Shown in pieces: positions 39,671 through 52,811 of a stretch of DNA of 64,000 nucleotides. Source of the DNA: Bugula neritina (Eukaryota; Animalia; Bryozoa). Below the pieces are notes generated by a model that did no database searches, was not told the origin of the DNA, and saw nothing but the letters and a program-made list of their open reading frames with translations. The stretch covers positions 19,828,767 through 19,892,766 of the forward strand of contig OZ037766.1 in the NCBI GenBank assembly GCA_964035545.1, in the 5' to 3' direction. The position numbers were made by a program, and so were the translations under genes. Position 1 is the first letter of the stretch. Each line of letters starts with the position of its first letter.

Positions 39671-39929
39671 TGAAGATCATGTTTCTAAATTTTTTGTTGG
39701 CATTAGTAGCATGATTTTAGCACTGATGTCATGAACACTAATTTTCGCACTAATGTAATGAATACTAATTATATCATTAGTATTTGGAATACTAATTATA
39801 GCAGCTGTGTCCTGAATGCTACTATCATACTTGAGCAGTAACTATAGAGAGAACCATTGCTATGAGTAGTATAGGTTTTTTTGGTAGATATACAATTGAC
39901 CTGTGCTGGAATATACAAGCCATAAGGAA

Positions 39930-40118
39930 GCAGCCAAGGTCGAGAGGTTACAGAGCATGGCTTAGTAAACAGGTAGTCATGGGTTCAGTCCCCAGTGGTG
40001 TTGTTAGGAAGAGCATCCAGTCTTAATTGCTTCTGTGACACATATGAATAGGTTTTTAGCCCACTTTAAAAAAAACTTTTCTATCAGGGGTTCTCACAGA
40101 GATTGTGAATATAAAAGA
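39930..40118 (+). mobile_element. SINE copy with tRNA-like head
   Basis: A-box-like ggtcgagagg and B-box-like ggttcagtccc, followed by gttaggaagagcatccagtcttaattgct and atcaggggttctcacag, shared with the other copies. Confidence 0.7.
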
Positions 40119-43021
40119 AACTCATTTTTGAATTAAATTCTTTTTAAAGATAAGTGAAGGGATAGAAAGAGAGGGTAGAAGATTATAAAAAAGACTGTAG
40201 AAGAGCAACAGTGTAGATTATGCAATCAGTTATATTCTAGTGTAGGAGCTACAGCTCACTCTTGCATATATTAAATAAAACCCATGATGTGAAAGGTGAC
40301 CATATATATTGAATAAAACTGGTTTTTAATCAAATGTTATGTAGGCGTAGCAGCTGAAACTTAAAATATCAAGATGATATTTAATAATTGTGTTAACAAG
40401 CAATTCCAATTGCTTTAAGAGTTTTTCCTTCTAATACCTACAATCAATCACTTGGCACGAGCCATACAACCTGTTGGCAAATAAATTATTAATTTATTTT
40501 TCTCTTAACTTGAAGTCTTTTGGTCAAAAACTGTACCAAAATAGGAAGTCATTTCTACAGCTTAGCTACTAAGAAATGCAAATCTCTATGTTGATTCGTT
40601 TTCAGCGTTCCTAAGATTATTTATTGCTAAATGAGCATGACACAACGTAATTAAATGTAGCGGCATAACAGGTGATTAATTTAGTTATCTTAAAACTGTC
40701 AACTCTTTTTTGAGAAAATATAATTAACTTATAGGCTAACTTTGAGGTCATAAAGGTATATATACGTTTTTGAAACAAATTTCTAACTTTCTCACACATT
40801 TTTAATAATGTCATAATTATATTGTTTATACTTGAGCTGCGTTTTTGCTTTAGTACTGATATTTTATTAATTAAACATATGTTTTCACTAAATATGTATA
40901 TTCAGTTGTGCTTTTCAAGAGCTCTGTCTCCTATAATATTTTAATAATGTTGTACTGCAGTTACTTCAAAATTACTCTGACTATGGAATTAATCATAGGC
41001 ATCATTTTCTTATAGGCTATATGTATATATGTATAACTGGCCTCTATTGACATATTTATAAGTATGTAGTGTTGAGTGAATTTGAATTTTTACAGTTTGT
41101 TCTAGACTTAATTGTTATTTCTATAACAAACACAGCAACATATAGCTTGTTCATAATAATACCATTCTATGGCATTATATTAGGCCTATTCCATTTGATG
41201 ATTTCTACTATAGAAAATACTGCACTATATTTAAAACACTGAGATTTTATATTGTTCACCAGCCATACTTGGTAAAGGAAGAATGTGCTTGATATCTTCA
41301 TAATATATTTTAGGGTCTTGGCTACTGCACTTGACACTGATACTGTTTAGTAAACATTAACTTTACTTTCTTTTTGGAAAGATTCACATAATAGCGTTTT
41401 AGGGTTCTATATACTAAGAGCTTTTAGGGTGATATAGGCTTGGCTATAAATTTCAACAAATTTGGATATCATATTGCATAATTTACAAATTACTTAATAT
41501 ACACAATTAGACTTAGCTGCATCATGTTTTGGGAAATGGAATTATTGTAACATTATGTTAGAGTCATGTAACAAACTTCCTAAGCAACCTGCACTCTATA
41601 ATAACATTCAAAGTATCATAAGCCTAATATGGAAAAAAGCTCCAAAGTTATAGTCACAAGTATTTACCTAATTATTTTTTCTCACAAATTAAACTTATTT
41701 ATATATCTAATTATAAATTTGCTTTTTAAAAGTGCATTACAAAAATCTGGAAGTCATGGATTCATATATTAGTATTTATTAGCAATCAAGAATGTTGGGG
41801 AATATTGATCATTATTTATTCAGTTTAAAACATATTTCAAAAGTAAATGCAATACAGTATCTATTCCTTAACTAGGTTTATGTCTACACTTGTGAACTTT
41901 ACTAGACAAGTATATAAATAATAACATGTAGTTGCATATATAGCTAGTTTAGTGAATGAAGTGGCTGTCTGCCTCACATTTATACAATCATATGAAGCAT
42001 GTAGCAAGCTCTTATAAAGTCTTTACACAACATATCAGAGCAGACTTGAAGGTCATCATGTCTAAAGGTCAGTTACCAGATTCTGCATTAATAACAAGTT
42101 GAGAGTTGGTACCCCAATATATGTCATAGAGTTATCTTCTCTATTCAAATTCAATTCCGACCATTGCTCATAACTGCTGCATATAGAGACAAAAGCTTAT
42201 TTAGTGAAAATCTAACATCATATAATAAAGGAATAAAAATTGTTTGAAAAACCAATCAGAGCAGCCAAGTTAGGCAGAGTTGCATTGCTAGCTTTCAGTA
42301 AGTTAAGCTTTCTAGCTGTGCTTGTGCCAGCTTTTATTGTTTAGAGTGTGTCTTTTTATGCAATATTTACCCCAACCACCCAGCCTGGTCAGTTCTCAGA
42401 TAGTGTGTAAAATGTGCGCATGGGAAAGAGAAGACACTTTAAGAAAGTGATATTACATTAAGAAAATAAGAAAAATTAAATTAAGACTGCAGCAAGTTGA
42501 GGATGCAAATGTATATTTCGTGGTTTTGTTATATTGTATGAATTATTAAATTAATTTTGTTTTTATTGTTACTTTTTCATATATGCTTGTTATTGTGTGT
42601 ATGTATTATTAAATTTTCCGATTTCACAGTTCCCTTAAGATATAATAAATATTATTCACCAGTAATATGTGAAACTCATCTCTAAAAGCTCGCAATAAAT
42701 AAACTGGCTAACACACCCACTGTAGCTCCCATGGTTGGTTGTAGAGGGCTCTCAACTAAGTGTCTATCATGCATGTAAAACTATTGATAGGGAGTCTGCT
42801 CATGCTGTTCACGCAGTTGAAAAGCATGTCAGATTTTTATAATGATATTATTATATTTTGCAAAAATTAAAAATGATGTTTTATCATCAACAACTATATA
42901 ATAATATATGACGCACACTTATAGTCATAATTGATATCAATCATTTATAAAGTAACTCCTCATTATATGGTTACAGTGATGGCTTTAATCAATTGCTAAA
43001 TACTTTAGAATATTATAAAAA

Positions 43022-43195
43022 TCCACGCAAGTCAATAAGTGGCCATCCCTGTGAGAAACCCCTGATAAAAAGGGATTTTGTTAAATCAACCTAGGGGCTT
43101 TTTCAGATTGGGCACACGAGCAATTATAACTGAATACTCTTCCTGACATCACCAATGACCTATACTGGGGTTTAAACCCATGTCACCGTGCTGGC
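43022..43195 (-). mobile_element. SINE copy
   Basis: Reverse complement shares gggtttaaacccc, tcaggaagagtattcag.tataattgct, atcaggggtttctcacaggga and acttgcgtg with the other copies. Confidence 0.7.
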
Positions 43196-43887
43196 ATAGC
43201 TGAGTTGATATGTGAAAAGCTATCATGCATTCCCAACTTATGTAAAGTCTCAACAGTAGACATAAAAGTTCTTATTGGTATTAAAAATGATTATTGAACC
43301 AATAAGGTTATTATAATGGAAAAGGTACTAAAGTAGCTGGGAACTACTTGACTTTATGGCTTCAATCCAATAAACTGCATTAACAGAACAGCCTACTCAT
43401 ATTAATTTCTCCACCGATTTTGAACATATCTAGTTGAATTGTGTACAGTATTCCATGGATGCTGCATAAAGACACTATTTCACAAGCAATTTAGAATGTG
43501 TGATGCTAACACAGAATTGATTTCGGTTTTGTGTCATTGTCAACTTAGCTTTGTTTCTTTGCCAGGAGACATTAGTACTTTATAGAATTAAAAACAGGTT
43601 ACTGCACTGCATTATTAATATTTTTCTGAATGCAACTCAGTATTATTTGTAAATAAGAAAGGTATAATAAGTTGTGTTTTGATGCGCTCAATATATATTA
43701 CTTTTTTATCTTTAGGTTGCGATATACAAGTTTATTTTTTCTCGATGTGTAATAGGTATGTACGTATCATAATAATATGGTACACATACTAAGCAAAATA
43801 AAATCTGTTACCCAACAAATTGAAACTAATAACTACTATATATATGAATTTATATATATATATATATATATATATATGGTAGTCTGT

Positions 43888-43934
43888 TCTGTGCTGATAA
43901 GGGGACAAACCCCGAAACAGCTGCTGTCCACAGA
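43888..43934 (+). ncRNA. Type I hammerhead ribozyme, copy 1 (core CUGAUAA, G8A variant, probably impaired)
   Basis: tctgtg CTGATAA gggg-acaaa-cccc GAAA cag-ctg-ctg TC cacaga. Confidence 0.75.
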
Positions 43935-44163
43935 TTGAGGTATTATGCTCTCACTTAATGCTCAGCAATGACATTCAGTGATTGAGCTCTCTCTCACCAT
44001 ATGGTCACAAACTCAAGCTGCTAGCATTTTGCAAGGCTCGTGACTCCTAGGTTACCCCTAGAGTCACTTGAGCTCTCTGGCTTGAGTTTACACACCTTTT
44101 GAATATGCTTTAGCAGAAACATAGGTTTCTACTATTGCGAAGGTGTGGGCCATGGTACTCTGT

Positions 44164-44210
44164 TCTGTGCTGATGAGGGGACAAACCCCGAAACAGCTAC
44201 TGTCCACAGA
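44164..44210 (+). ncRNA. Type I hammerhead ribozyme, copy 2 (intact core)
   Basis: Stem I tctgtg/cacaga, CUGAUGA, stem II gggg/cccc, GAAA, stem III cag/ctg, GUC cleavage triplet (cut 3' of 44204). Confidence 0.92.
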
Positions 44211-44213
44211 TTG

Positions 44214-44216
<3 letters not shown>

Positions 44217-44277
<61 letters not shown>
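44217..44277. repeat. (TA)n microsatellite
   Basis: Perfect TA run; a second run at ~43851-43877 flanks the other side of the retrozyme-like element. Confidence 0.97.
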
Positions 44278-44280
<3 letters not shown>

Positions 44281-45290
44281 TATAATTTTATATGACTTCA
44301 TAGTTGCTTTTATTCACATATTGTAGCCAATTCTACAACTTATTGATGAATAATGATATAGCATTCTGTGTTTTTATTAATTATCTAATGCAGACAGCAT
44401 TTATTCTATGTTATTATATTATTATGTTTAAATAAAAACAACAAAATTGTATAACAAATAGATTATATTTATGCAGCAAGTTTATAAACCATTAGTAACT
44501 TAAACAAAATTACAAATGTATATAAAATTCAAAATGTTTCAACTCGTGCAAAAATAGAACATGCAAACAAATTTTTGTGAAAGCTTGAAACTGATCAAAT
44601 GTTATAGTAGTTAAAATACATGTTATGTTGCATAATAATAATAATGAAATTATAATAACCAACAAAACAAATGGGAATAAATGCCTGAATAAAATTTGAG
44701 AATTAGTAATATTATATTGAGCAAAATTATAACAGCATGATTTTCGAAATATATCCTGGTTGAAACATTCAATCGTACAAAACTTACAAAACTTTTACTT
44801 CAATAAACAAACAAATTTTAAAAACACTACACAGCTTTTTAAAAGACTCGAGTGTGTTTATCAACCACATCATTATAGAAAAAATGAAGACAACAAAAAA
44901 CAAGACAAATAATAAACAGACTAGAAAGATTGTATTTAAAATCAAATGAAAAAGGCGAGGTCTTTTATTTTATAACTAGCATAGTTGTATGAAAATGTGA
45001 GTTTGAACCATGAGCTAAGTCTATCACCAAGACTTGTTGAGTTGGTTCACTGTGATCAGTATTATGCAGTTATAGGAAAATCTTTCAGTAGTAAACATTT
45101 ATATAGTATTTATATATATATATAATATGTAGGCTAATATGCATATTATATAATGTATGCTTAAAGGATATACGCATAAGTACATATAGTATACGTATGC
45201 ATACATTCATATCTTAGCTTTAGTACTAGCAACATAATTAGCCTATAAAGTATAAGGGTTACACAATACCCACCCCTCTTGGCACAGTCA

Positions 45291-48200
45291 TTAAAGTATA
45301 GAGCACACACCACTCTGCTGTTTCTCGGGGCTCACAGCATTGCCCTGGACACTCTTGTTTCTATTTTCTTGTTTTCTACCATTTGCACCGCTGTCATTCT
45401 TCTGCTGACGTAGAGTTTCTACGCGTTCTGAGCCAATCTCTCCTCCCAGACTTTCTATAAGTAGAGCGTAGTCTGAGATCTGACTCTCCAGCTGTGCCAC
45501 TCTTTCAGTCTTCAACTCATCATTCTGAGTCAGCTTCTTCACTTTTTGTCTCAAGTCACCGATTTCTTCTTCATATTTTGCAGAGTTGCCATCAGAAGTC
45601 TAATGATAAATGAAGTTAATGTTCATTATAGACTTCTGAGTTATTCATATAAGCCCTTAAGTAGAAACTTGCATTTTAATAGTTCTATAATAATCTGTTA
45701 GGCAGTTTGCAACTCAATCCATAATAACTTTCTAATGGCTTCAGCCTGTATCTGCTATTATAGCATATATTGAATTCTACCCATGATTAATAAACCTTAC
45801 AGCAAGCTTTTGACATCACTTGCATGTCAATTTGTCATTTCGAAATAAAATAGTAAGCAATATATACACTGAGAAGGTAATTCTACAATATATATTCATA
45901 ATACCAGGCATGAACTAGTGACTAGATTTTAGAAGGTAGGTATTTCTGCAGTTTCTTAAATATTCTATAATATTTCTTAAACTGTCTTATACCATGATAC
46001 GCTTCTTGCAGCAATTATTAGCCTTATAGGTATATATAGCAGCTCGGTGCTGGTGCATAAATTTATATTTGCACATAAAAGCTAAGATCTTGGATTATTT
46101 TGCAGAAGTTGCGTTACCAAATAGAAATCTAGTAAGGTTGTAAATACACAAAAACCAGATCTCAATAGCTTTAAAAAATAGAGACAGAAAATGAGGTTTC
46201 TCAAACCCTGCACATACCACCGACTCGGCGAGAGTTCCAGGCGAGACACCTGACTCATCTTCTACCTTCAAAGCAAGAGACAGCTTATGATTAGTGTCAG
46301 CAAGTTCTTGTCGTAACTCTTCCGCTTCTTTTTTCTGTGTAAAATATGCAAATGGCACAACTATATTACATTTTGCTATTGTAACGTTGATTTGACAATT
46401 ATATATTCTTAGCTACAGTATTAGGTGTTCACAAGAGAGCAGCCCTGGTCTAGGGAGTAGAGTGTTTGCCTAGTGAGTATTAAGTCATGGGTTTGGAGAT
46501 GTTAGAAAAAGCATCTTGCCATAATTGCTCCTATGCCTCATCTCGATGAGTCCTTTGCTCAATTTAACAAAAACCCCTTCCATCCGGGGTTTTCTCACAA
46601 GGATGGTGACAATAAACTTGCGTGAGTGTTTTTTATCAAGTGTTCACAGTTGAAAATATTGAAGTTTTTGACCTGACAACTCCTCTTTCTATCTACGAAA
46701 TTTTCAAAAATTTGGATGAATCAAACAAATTATTTGCCACGCAGTATATAAGAGCTGACTTCATTCAGGCAATTTCCATTTTTCAGAGGCAACATTTTCT
46801 CTCTCTATTTCTTTGAGAACTATTAGCTCTAGTACCTGCTTTGCATACCTCGAATACAGCTGCATTAATAGCTGTGTATTCGCTTGCTATAATAGTTGCT
46901 CATCAGTTACCACAGTTAATTGTTGCGCAACTATTATAATTTACTACTGAAATAATCGTTGTAATTCCCCATGTATATCAGACAAGCAACAATTACTGTA
47001 CATGAGTACCAACATACACCACGCTACATTTGGCAATGCTCGATTTAAATGATACACTTTTAAAATGCAGCTTGATAACAGGAAAAACATATTTAATTTT
47101 AAATCTGTTTTTAAAACAATGATTCAAGGAGTTTTGTAGCTTATCATATAAATAGTATGTACAAATACTATGGACATCGCGGCATAGCTTCATTCAACAC
47201 ACTGACTGCCTTATAGAAATCTATTTAGCACTTAAACTGAATAGTTTTGACTTGAAGATTAGCTTTAAACCTCTTTGATTGCTTAGATACCAGGATGCTA
47301 TTTATAGTATAACTTTTGTTTCACAAGTCAAGAAACTTGGTACTGAATAGATTAAATAAGCATTCAACCACTCAACTTAGCAGTAATTATTTAATGTATA
47401 GAATAGAATTGTATAAAGTGGTCAGTTAATTAGCTTTAGCTCTTATTTCTCTGCTTATAAAACTGAAAAACATTATTTGTGCCAACCAAAGAGCCAGCTG
47501 TGAATATTTACCAACTTGATATATTCACATCCCAAAGTTCATTTCAGAAAAACTGCTGGTGCTAATTAATCAAACAAGTTTGCATTTTTACTGTGTTTAA
47601 AAAGTTTTCTAGACACTTTAATGCATCGATATTTTCAAAATGTTTGAAAGTTAGTTATCCTAAATTTGTAACTAATGATAATTTTTTTACAAACTTCTTG
47701 CCTGGAGATAAATTTTCTATGTGTTGCTATTGCAGAGAGAATATTAACAGTTCAATGTACAAGTTGATAGAAACTAAATAAATGATTGATGAATGCAAAG
47801 TTCATAGAGCTCGTTTTGAGCCTGTAAAATTTAGTCTAAAGTATTTACTGTAAGCACTATTATTTGCATGGGAATAACTATAAAGATGTGCTCTAAGAGC
47901 TACTTGCAAATTGCTTCTATACTTTGAACACCAATTTTCAGTTACAGCAATGATTTTGAGCTAACAAAAAGTAAATTTCTCTCAGTACAGTACACTTGCA
48001 TATCAGCACTGAATTAGACTTCAATAAATAAAACATTGTACTTAAAATTATCACTCACATGTTGCTCTGCCCTTTCTTTTTCTTGCTCTAAATCTATTTT
48101 GTAGACATCAATGTTAGTCTTAAGCTCATCATTGGTTGTAGACTTGAGGGAGAGCTCATTTTCCAATCTCGTTATATCATCAATCAGTTTCTACAACATA

Positions 48201-49760
48201 TATATGAGTCCTATTCAATCCTGTTTTACTTGTAGCTTCATGTGGTGATTAGGATCAGTCATCAGAACTCTATCAAGTAATGCTTCAATTGTAAGACAAA
48301 ATTTCATCATTTAACTTACAATAAAGGAAAAGTGTGCCGTATTATACATATTTTTCAGTATTTATTTTGTGAATATTTCATCCTTAGCTGTTCTTATACA
48401 TATACATTATTTACTGGTTATGTAACAATTTTCAATGTGGTTCATTAGAATTTTACAACACTATTGTTTTTGAGTGTACTGTTCAAAGAATATTCTATTA
48501 ATCTAATTTAACAATTTGCTTTGCTAACCTGAAACACTTCTTTTTCTTCTTGTCTTTTATAATTAATTGACTGAAGAGCATCATTTTCACCAACTGAAGT
48601 TTCATTGATATTTTCCGATGCAGCGAATGTGTTTGTCTCATTTTCACCTATAACGTTGGACTTTTCATCTGGTTCATCAGAATTGATTTCTTGACTAGTG
48701 GCTGGTTCTGAGGTAATTCTGGCAGCTGGGTATGTATCTGTCTCATCTAAAGTTTTTTCATTTTTACTTGTAGCTTCTGTAACTTCAGACTGGAGTTCAG
48801 CAGTATCTGTAGTTTCAGGTTTGAATTCATTAGTTTCTAAAACTTCATCAGTTTTAACTTCTTTCTCTTCAAGTTTGGAGTTTTCTAAGGTCGGGCTTTC
48901 TGCTTTTTCTGTAGGCTCAAAATCGTCTGCATATTCTTTATCAAGACTAGCTGATTCGGATATTTGATCAACAGGTTTGATGCCATCAGGCTCATCAACT
49001 ACTAGTAATTGTGGCTCTGATGGTGGCTCATTATTTTCTTTTGTTTCAACTGCACCAGCTTCACTCATACCATTCTATAAAAAACATAATTATAAGTATG
49101 CATTCTAAATGCATCACAGTTATAAATGGCTTTTGTAAATGAGCAATTTAAATTGACAATTAGTTTGATATGACTAAAAGAATGAATTCTTAAAACCTGT
49201 ACTGAATACAATATTTTTATGTCGAGTATAATATATTTACACAAACTAAACATGTGTTTATGTTCCTTGATCATATATATGTAGTATTATTATCTTGGGG
49301 GGGGGAGGTGGGGGATGAGGGGGGGGAGTTGCATTAAGCTTAAAATATGTAATTTCACAGCTGTATATTACTAAGGCATGTGTTTAAATAAAAATTAAGT
49401 TATAAAGTTTAGTTCGTTAGTCCAAACTGCTTTACTCACATCTGAAGGTTGGTCTTTATATGTCAAGTCATTATCTGACAAATTAGCAGTGGAATTAGAT
49501 TCTTCATTTTCATTTTCATTAATTTTTTTTTCTGTTCCAGTTTCAACAGTGTCAAATTCTTGGTTGATTTCTGAAGTAGTTGGCTTTACGTCACTGTTTA
49601 AATCAGGCTCATTCTTGGAGGAGTCATGCTCGATGTCTGACGATTCCACTTCTTTTTTATTGCAGTTTGCTGAGGATTCATCTGACTCCTTTACAGTTTC
49701 ATTAGTTTCAGTTGAATTCTTCAAGTCTGCAGTGCAGCCAAGTGCAGGCTCTTCTGCCAT
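45291..49760 (-). CDS. Uncharacterised acidic disordered + coiled-coil protein ending in a CaaX box (CSIL), ~474 aa
   Basis: Exons 49760-49440, 49074-48529, 48190-48059, 46334-46218, 45599-45291; all GT-AG, all phase 0. E/D/S/T-rich N-terminal half, heptad-like C-terminal half (KLIDDITRLENELSLK..., AEELRQELADTNHKLSL, EEIGDLRQKVKKL), ending SGVCSIL*. A further upstream exon at ~50533-50429 is likely. Confidence 0.82.
46438..46633 (+). mobile_element. SINE copy (intronic)
   Basis: A-box-like tggtctagggag; gttagaaaaagcatcttgccataattgct; ggggttttctcacaagg; ataaacttgcgtg. Confidence 0.7.
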
Positions 49761-50033
49761 TTCTATAATTTAATAAGTATACTACAATTGTTGAAAAAAA
49801 AAACATTTTTTTTTGTAATGTGTTTTTATTATTTAGCAGAGTCTATAGAATATGACACATAATACATAACTTTGCAATAAATATTTAGCAACTGTAACAT
49901 TGCTAGTAATTGTATTTAATTTTATTTATTTTTATCAATACTGTGTACGTATTAGATTTTAGCTTTTGTTTTTTCAGTAATAATTGTATATTATTAGTAA
50001 AAAAAATAACATTTAGTAATGTTTAACCCTGTG

Positions 50034-50200
50034 TCAGATCAGAAAATGCATAGTGTTTTGTGTTTTTGCAGAGTAGATACTGTACACTAATGTAATACAT
50101 TTACAGAGATAACATTATTATCAGATTAGAAATGCATAGTGTTTTGTATTATGCAGAGTAGATACTGCACAATAATGTAATACTTTTACAGAGAATAATA
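50034..50200. repeat. ~85-bp tandem duplication
   Basis: tcagat.agaaa.tgcatagtgttttgt...gcagagtagatactg.aca.taatgtaatac.tttacagaga occurs twice. Confidence 0.85.
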
Positions 50201-50555
50201 TGCTGGTAGTGATTATAGTTTAGTCAACAATTTGAGTAGGCTATGAGTGGTAAATAATTTACCAAGTAAATGTAACCTGATATAGTGGTGGTAAACTATA
50301 ATTTAGTTCCTAGAAAGTCAGTTCTTGGAAAATATGCTATTCCTGAAACAGTAAATAATTGTAGATGTATGGGGCTTTCTTCCCTTTTTATATGCTTAAC
50401 TCTTACTTCTGTATTTCACAAGTTATACCTTTAAGATATTCCAACTTGCTGAATTGTGGTTGCCGTTGGTACTGAGGCTTGCCTGCTTCCTTGAAACTTT
50501 CAGTGAGATGACTGCTGTGACAGGTTGAAGTAACTATAAATTATTATATCTATTC

Positions 50556-52264
50556 CGTCACGGTATGTAGACTACACCGTATATCTACAAAATTCAAGAA
50601 AGAATGTGAAATACATATTCTGAAAGCAATGGACTTGAAACTTGAGTACAGCTGAAATTGAAATATGCAAATGAGCTAAGCGTCATGATACTACATGGAA
50701 ATTGCTTCAAACATTTATATACTAAACGTATGATTTACAGCGCTTCGAATAATGCAAATATAATATGCTTAGTAATATGGTATTATACAAATAGTTGTGG
50801 TATAGGGACAATTTCACATACATATTTTGTTCACGTGTTGGGATTTGTAAAATTTTAACCTCGTCTTACATGAACATTAATTGGTAAACAAACATGAATA
50901 AAACCGGGACGTATATGATTATTCAATCATATTAACATATAGATGACATTTAACGTTAATTATATACTTGATGAATTATACAAATTTGATATAACCTGGT
51001 ATTTTACTTCATTTATAAAATCTAATAACTACAAAGTCAACACGTGAACAACTAATACATATCATTATATTTTCTTGCTATAAAACATATGTTTTAGGCT
51101 ATGAGTTATGGCAGAATTAATGCTGGTATAACTTATTAGTCTTAGAGATCCTGATATGGTCAATACCGGGATGGTGTCACCAACAATTCCTCATGTAGCA
51201 GTTAGCACATTGTTGGACTTGAACCTGCGGGCCAACCAGCAGCTTACTTGGTTGATCAACTTCAGAAATCCAAAACAACCCGACTATAAAAGGCAGCTCA
51301 GAAGCCGCAATAGATTATTCGACGATAAGAGGAGCAACCAATAATCAGAAGAGCCATAGCGTATTTAGTTTTGCGCGAAATTATTTAGAAACTCAATTAA
51401 ATTTAAACCTAATCAATTTTGGACTGAGAAGTTCCATTGTAAGTAACTTGATTTATTTTTCTTGTGATGTACTAATTTTTATTATTGTTTGTTTTATTAC
51501 TATATAACTTGTACTTGTGAATTGAAAATCTACTTTGAAGTCGCATAAATTACATTTGAAGGAATATTGTTGACATTGGGAATTTATTGAGTCACGTAGG
51601 TTGTTTGAGGAAACTGTCTTGGAATTGTTTGGTCTTCTAAGTTACACCAAATTTATGTTTGACAGGCTTAGCAATTTTTGTTGCCAGTATATTATACACA
51701 GCGGGATTTCAAAGGGTCGCTAGGATATACATATATATATATTTGTGTTATTTCTTTTGGGTTTGGTTATTATAATAATTTTTCTTGTCTTATAATTTTG
51801 TTTTCATATTATTATCAAATAGATATTTTAAAACGCATGCAAAATCCATAGTTTTGTTCATTTCCGGAGAGGCAGGTCCTAAATTTGTCTCACGAAATTT
51901 ATAACCTGAGTGCTACCATTACACAATAACACATAGAACACACATATTGTTTATACATAAATAATATTGCCAAACCAAACCATTAATAAACATTTGTCGA
52001 GCGGAGATAACTTTTATATTTTTATTCTGCAGTTATTGGATTGCAGACACTAATTTCAAAGCAAAATTATTCAAGTAATATCTAATTGTTAGTTGTCTCC
52101 CCTTGAATCAACCATCTAGCGAAAGGTTATTTGCATTCAAGTAATAAATATAAATATACACATATTTCAATAAGTTTATAAATTATCAAATATTATTAAA
52201 GCTATTGTAATAAAATTAATTAAATTATTTTATTATTTTATTTTCGTTCGACACCTGTATTACA
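50556..52264 (+). mobile_element. Possible solo LTR (boundaries uncertain)
   Basis: Starts cgtcacggtatg (TGTCACG-like), has a CpG-richer U3-like block with TATAAAA at ~51285, AATAAA signals at ~51985/52143, and ends ...gtattaca. No exact TSD found. Confidence 0.3.
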
Positions 52265-52811
52265 CCATTTTTCTTATAACAAGTAGTACAAACCAATATT
52301 TCATTTTATTGATGCAAAATGTTTATTTTTAATTTTTTAAAGTGAATTTTGAATTATTTTGCCTACCACTTTTACTTTTAGTTTTACAACTTGAGTTATT
52401 TTTACAACTGAAGGTGGACTATCACTAAAAGCCTTAGTTATAAACATTTACTATTGTTGAATGTGAAAAAGGAAATAAATTATTGTTACCTAAATTTTAA
52501 ACAATTTTAAAACTTAAATAACAATTTTCTAAGTTAAAAAATACCTTTACTTTTACCCTCAACAAATGATTCCCTTGAGCTTGTATCACATTGAGTCGCT
52601 TTGCTAAAATAACCTTTCTCAATTTGTTTATTTGCTACCGTGCCGACATCCTTGACCCTGTCCAGTTATTTTTAAAGGGAACATTAATGAGAAAACTAGT
52701 CACGGGCAAGCCAGCTTTCACCAGCTGTTAAGCCACAGCCTAATCTCCACTCACTCAGAGCCGTTTATGTCAACGATTCCTATATCTACGAATTTAATAA
52801 TTTGTAATAAA

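Larger units (their letters stand above)
43876..44218 (+). mobile_element. Retrozyme-like element: 276-nt monomer bounded by ~67-bp direct repeats, each carrying a type I hammerhead motif, inserted in (TA)n
   Basis: Direct repeats 43876-43942 and 44152-44218; (TA)n on both sides; no ORF; several internal hairpins. Confidence 0.85.

Noticed and set aside
39930-40000. tRNA gene
   Set aside because: A and B boxes are present but there is no cloverleaf, and the sequence continues into a shared SINE body.
42615-42640. TTAA-type MITE end (ccgatttcacagttcccttaa)
   Set aside because: No matching opposite terminus was found.
46848-46910. CTGATGA...GAAT hairpin on the minus strand
   Set aside because: It has GAAU rather than GAAA and no stem I pairing; it is just an imperfect palindrome.
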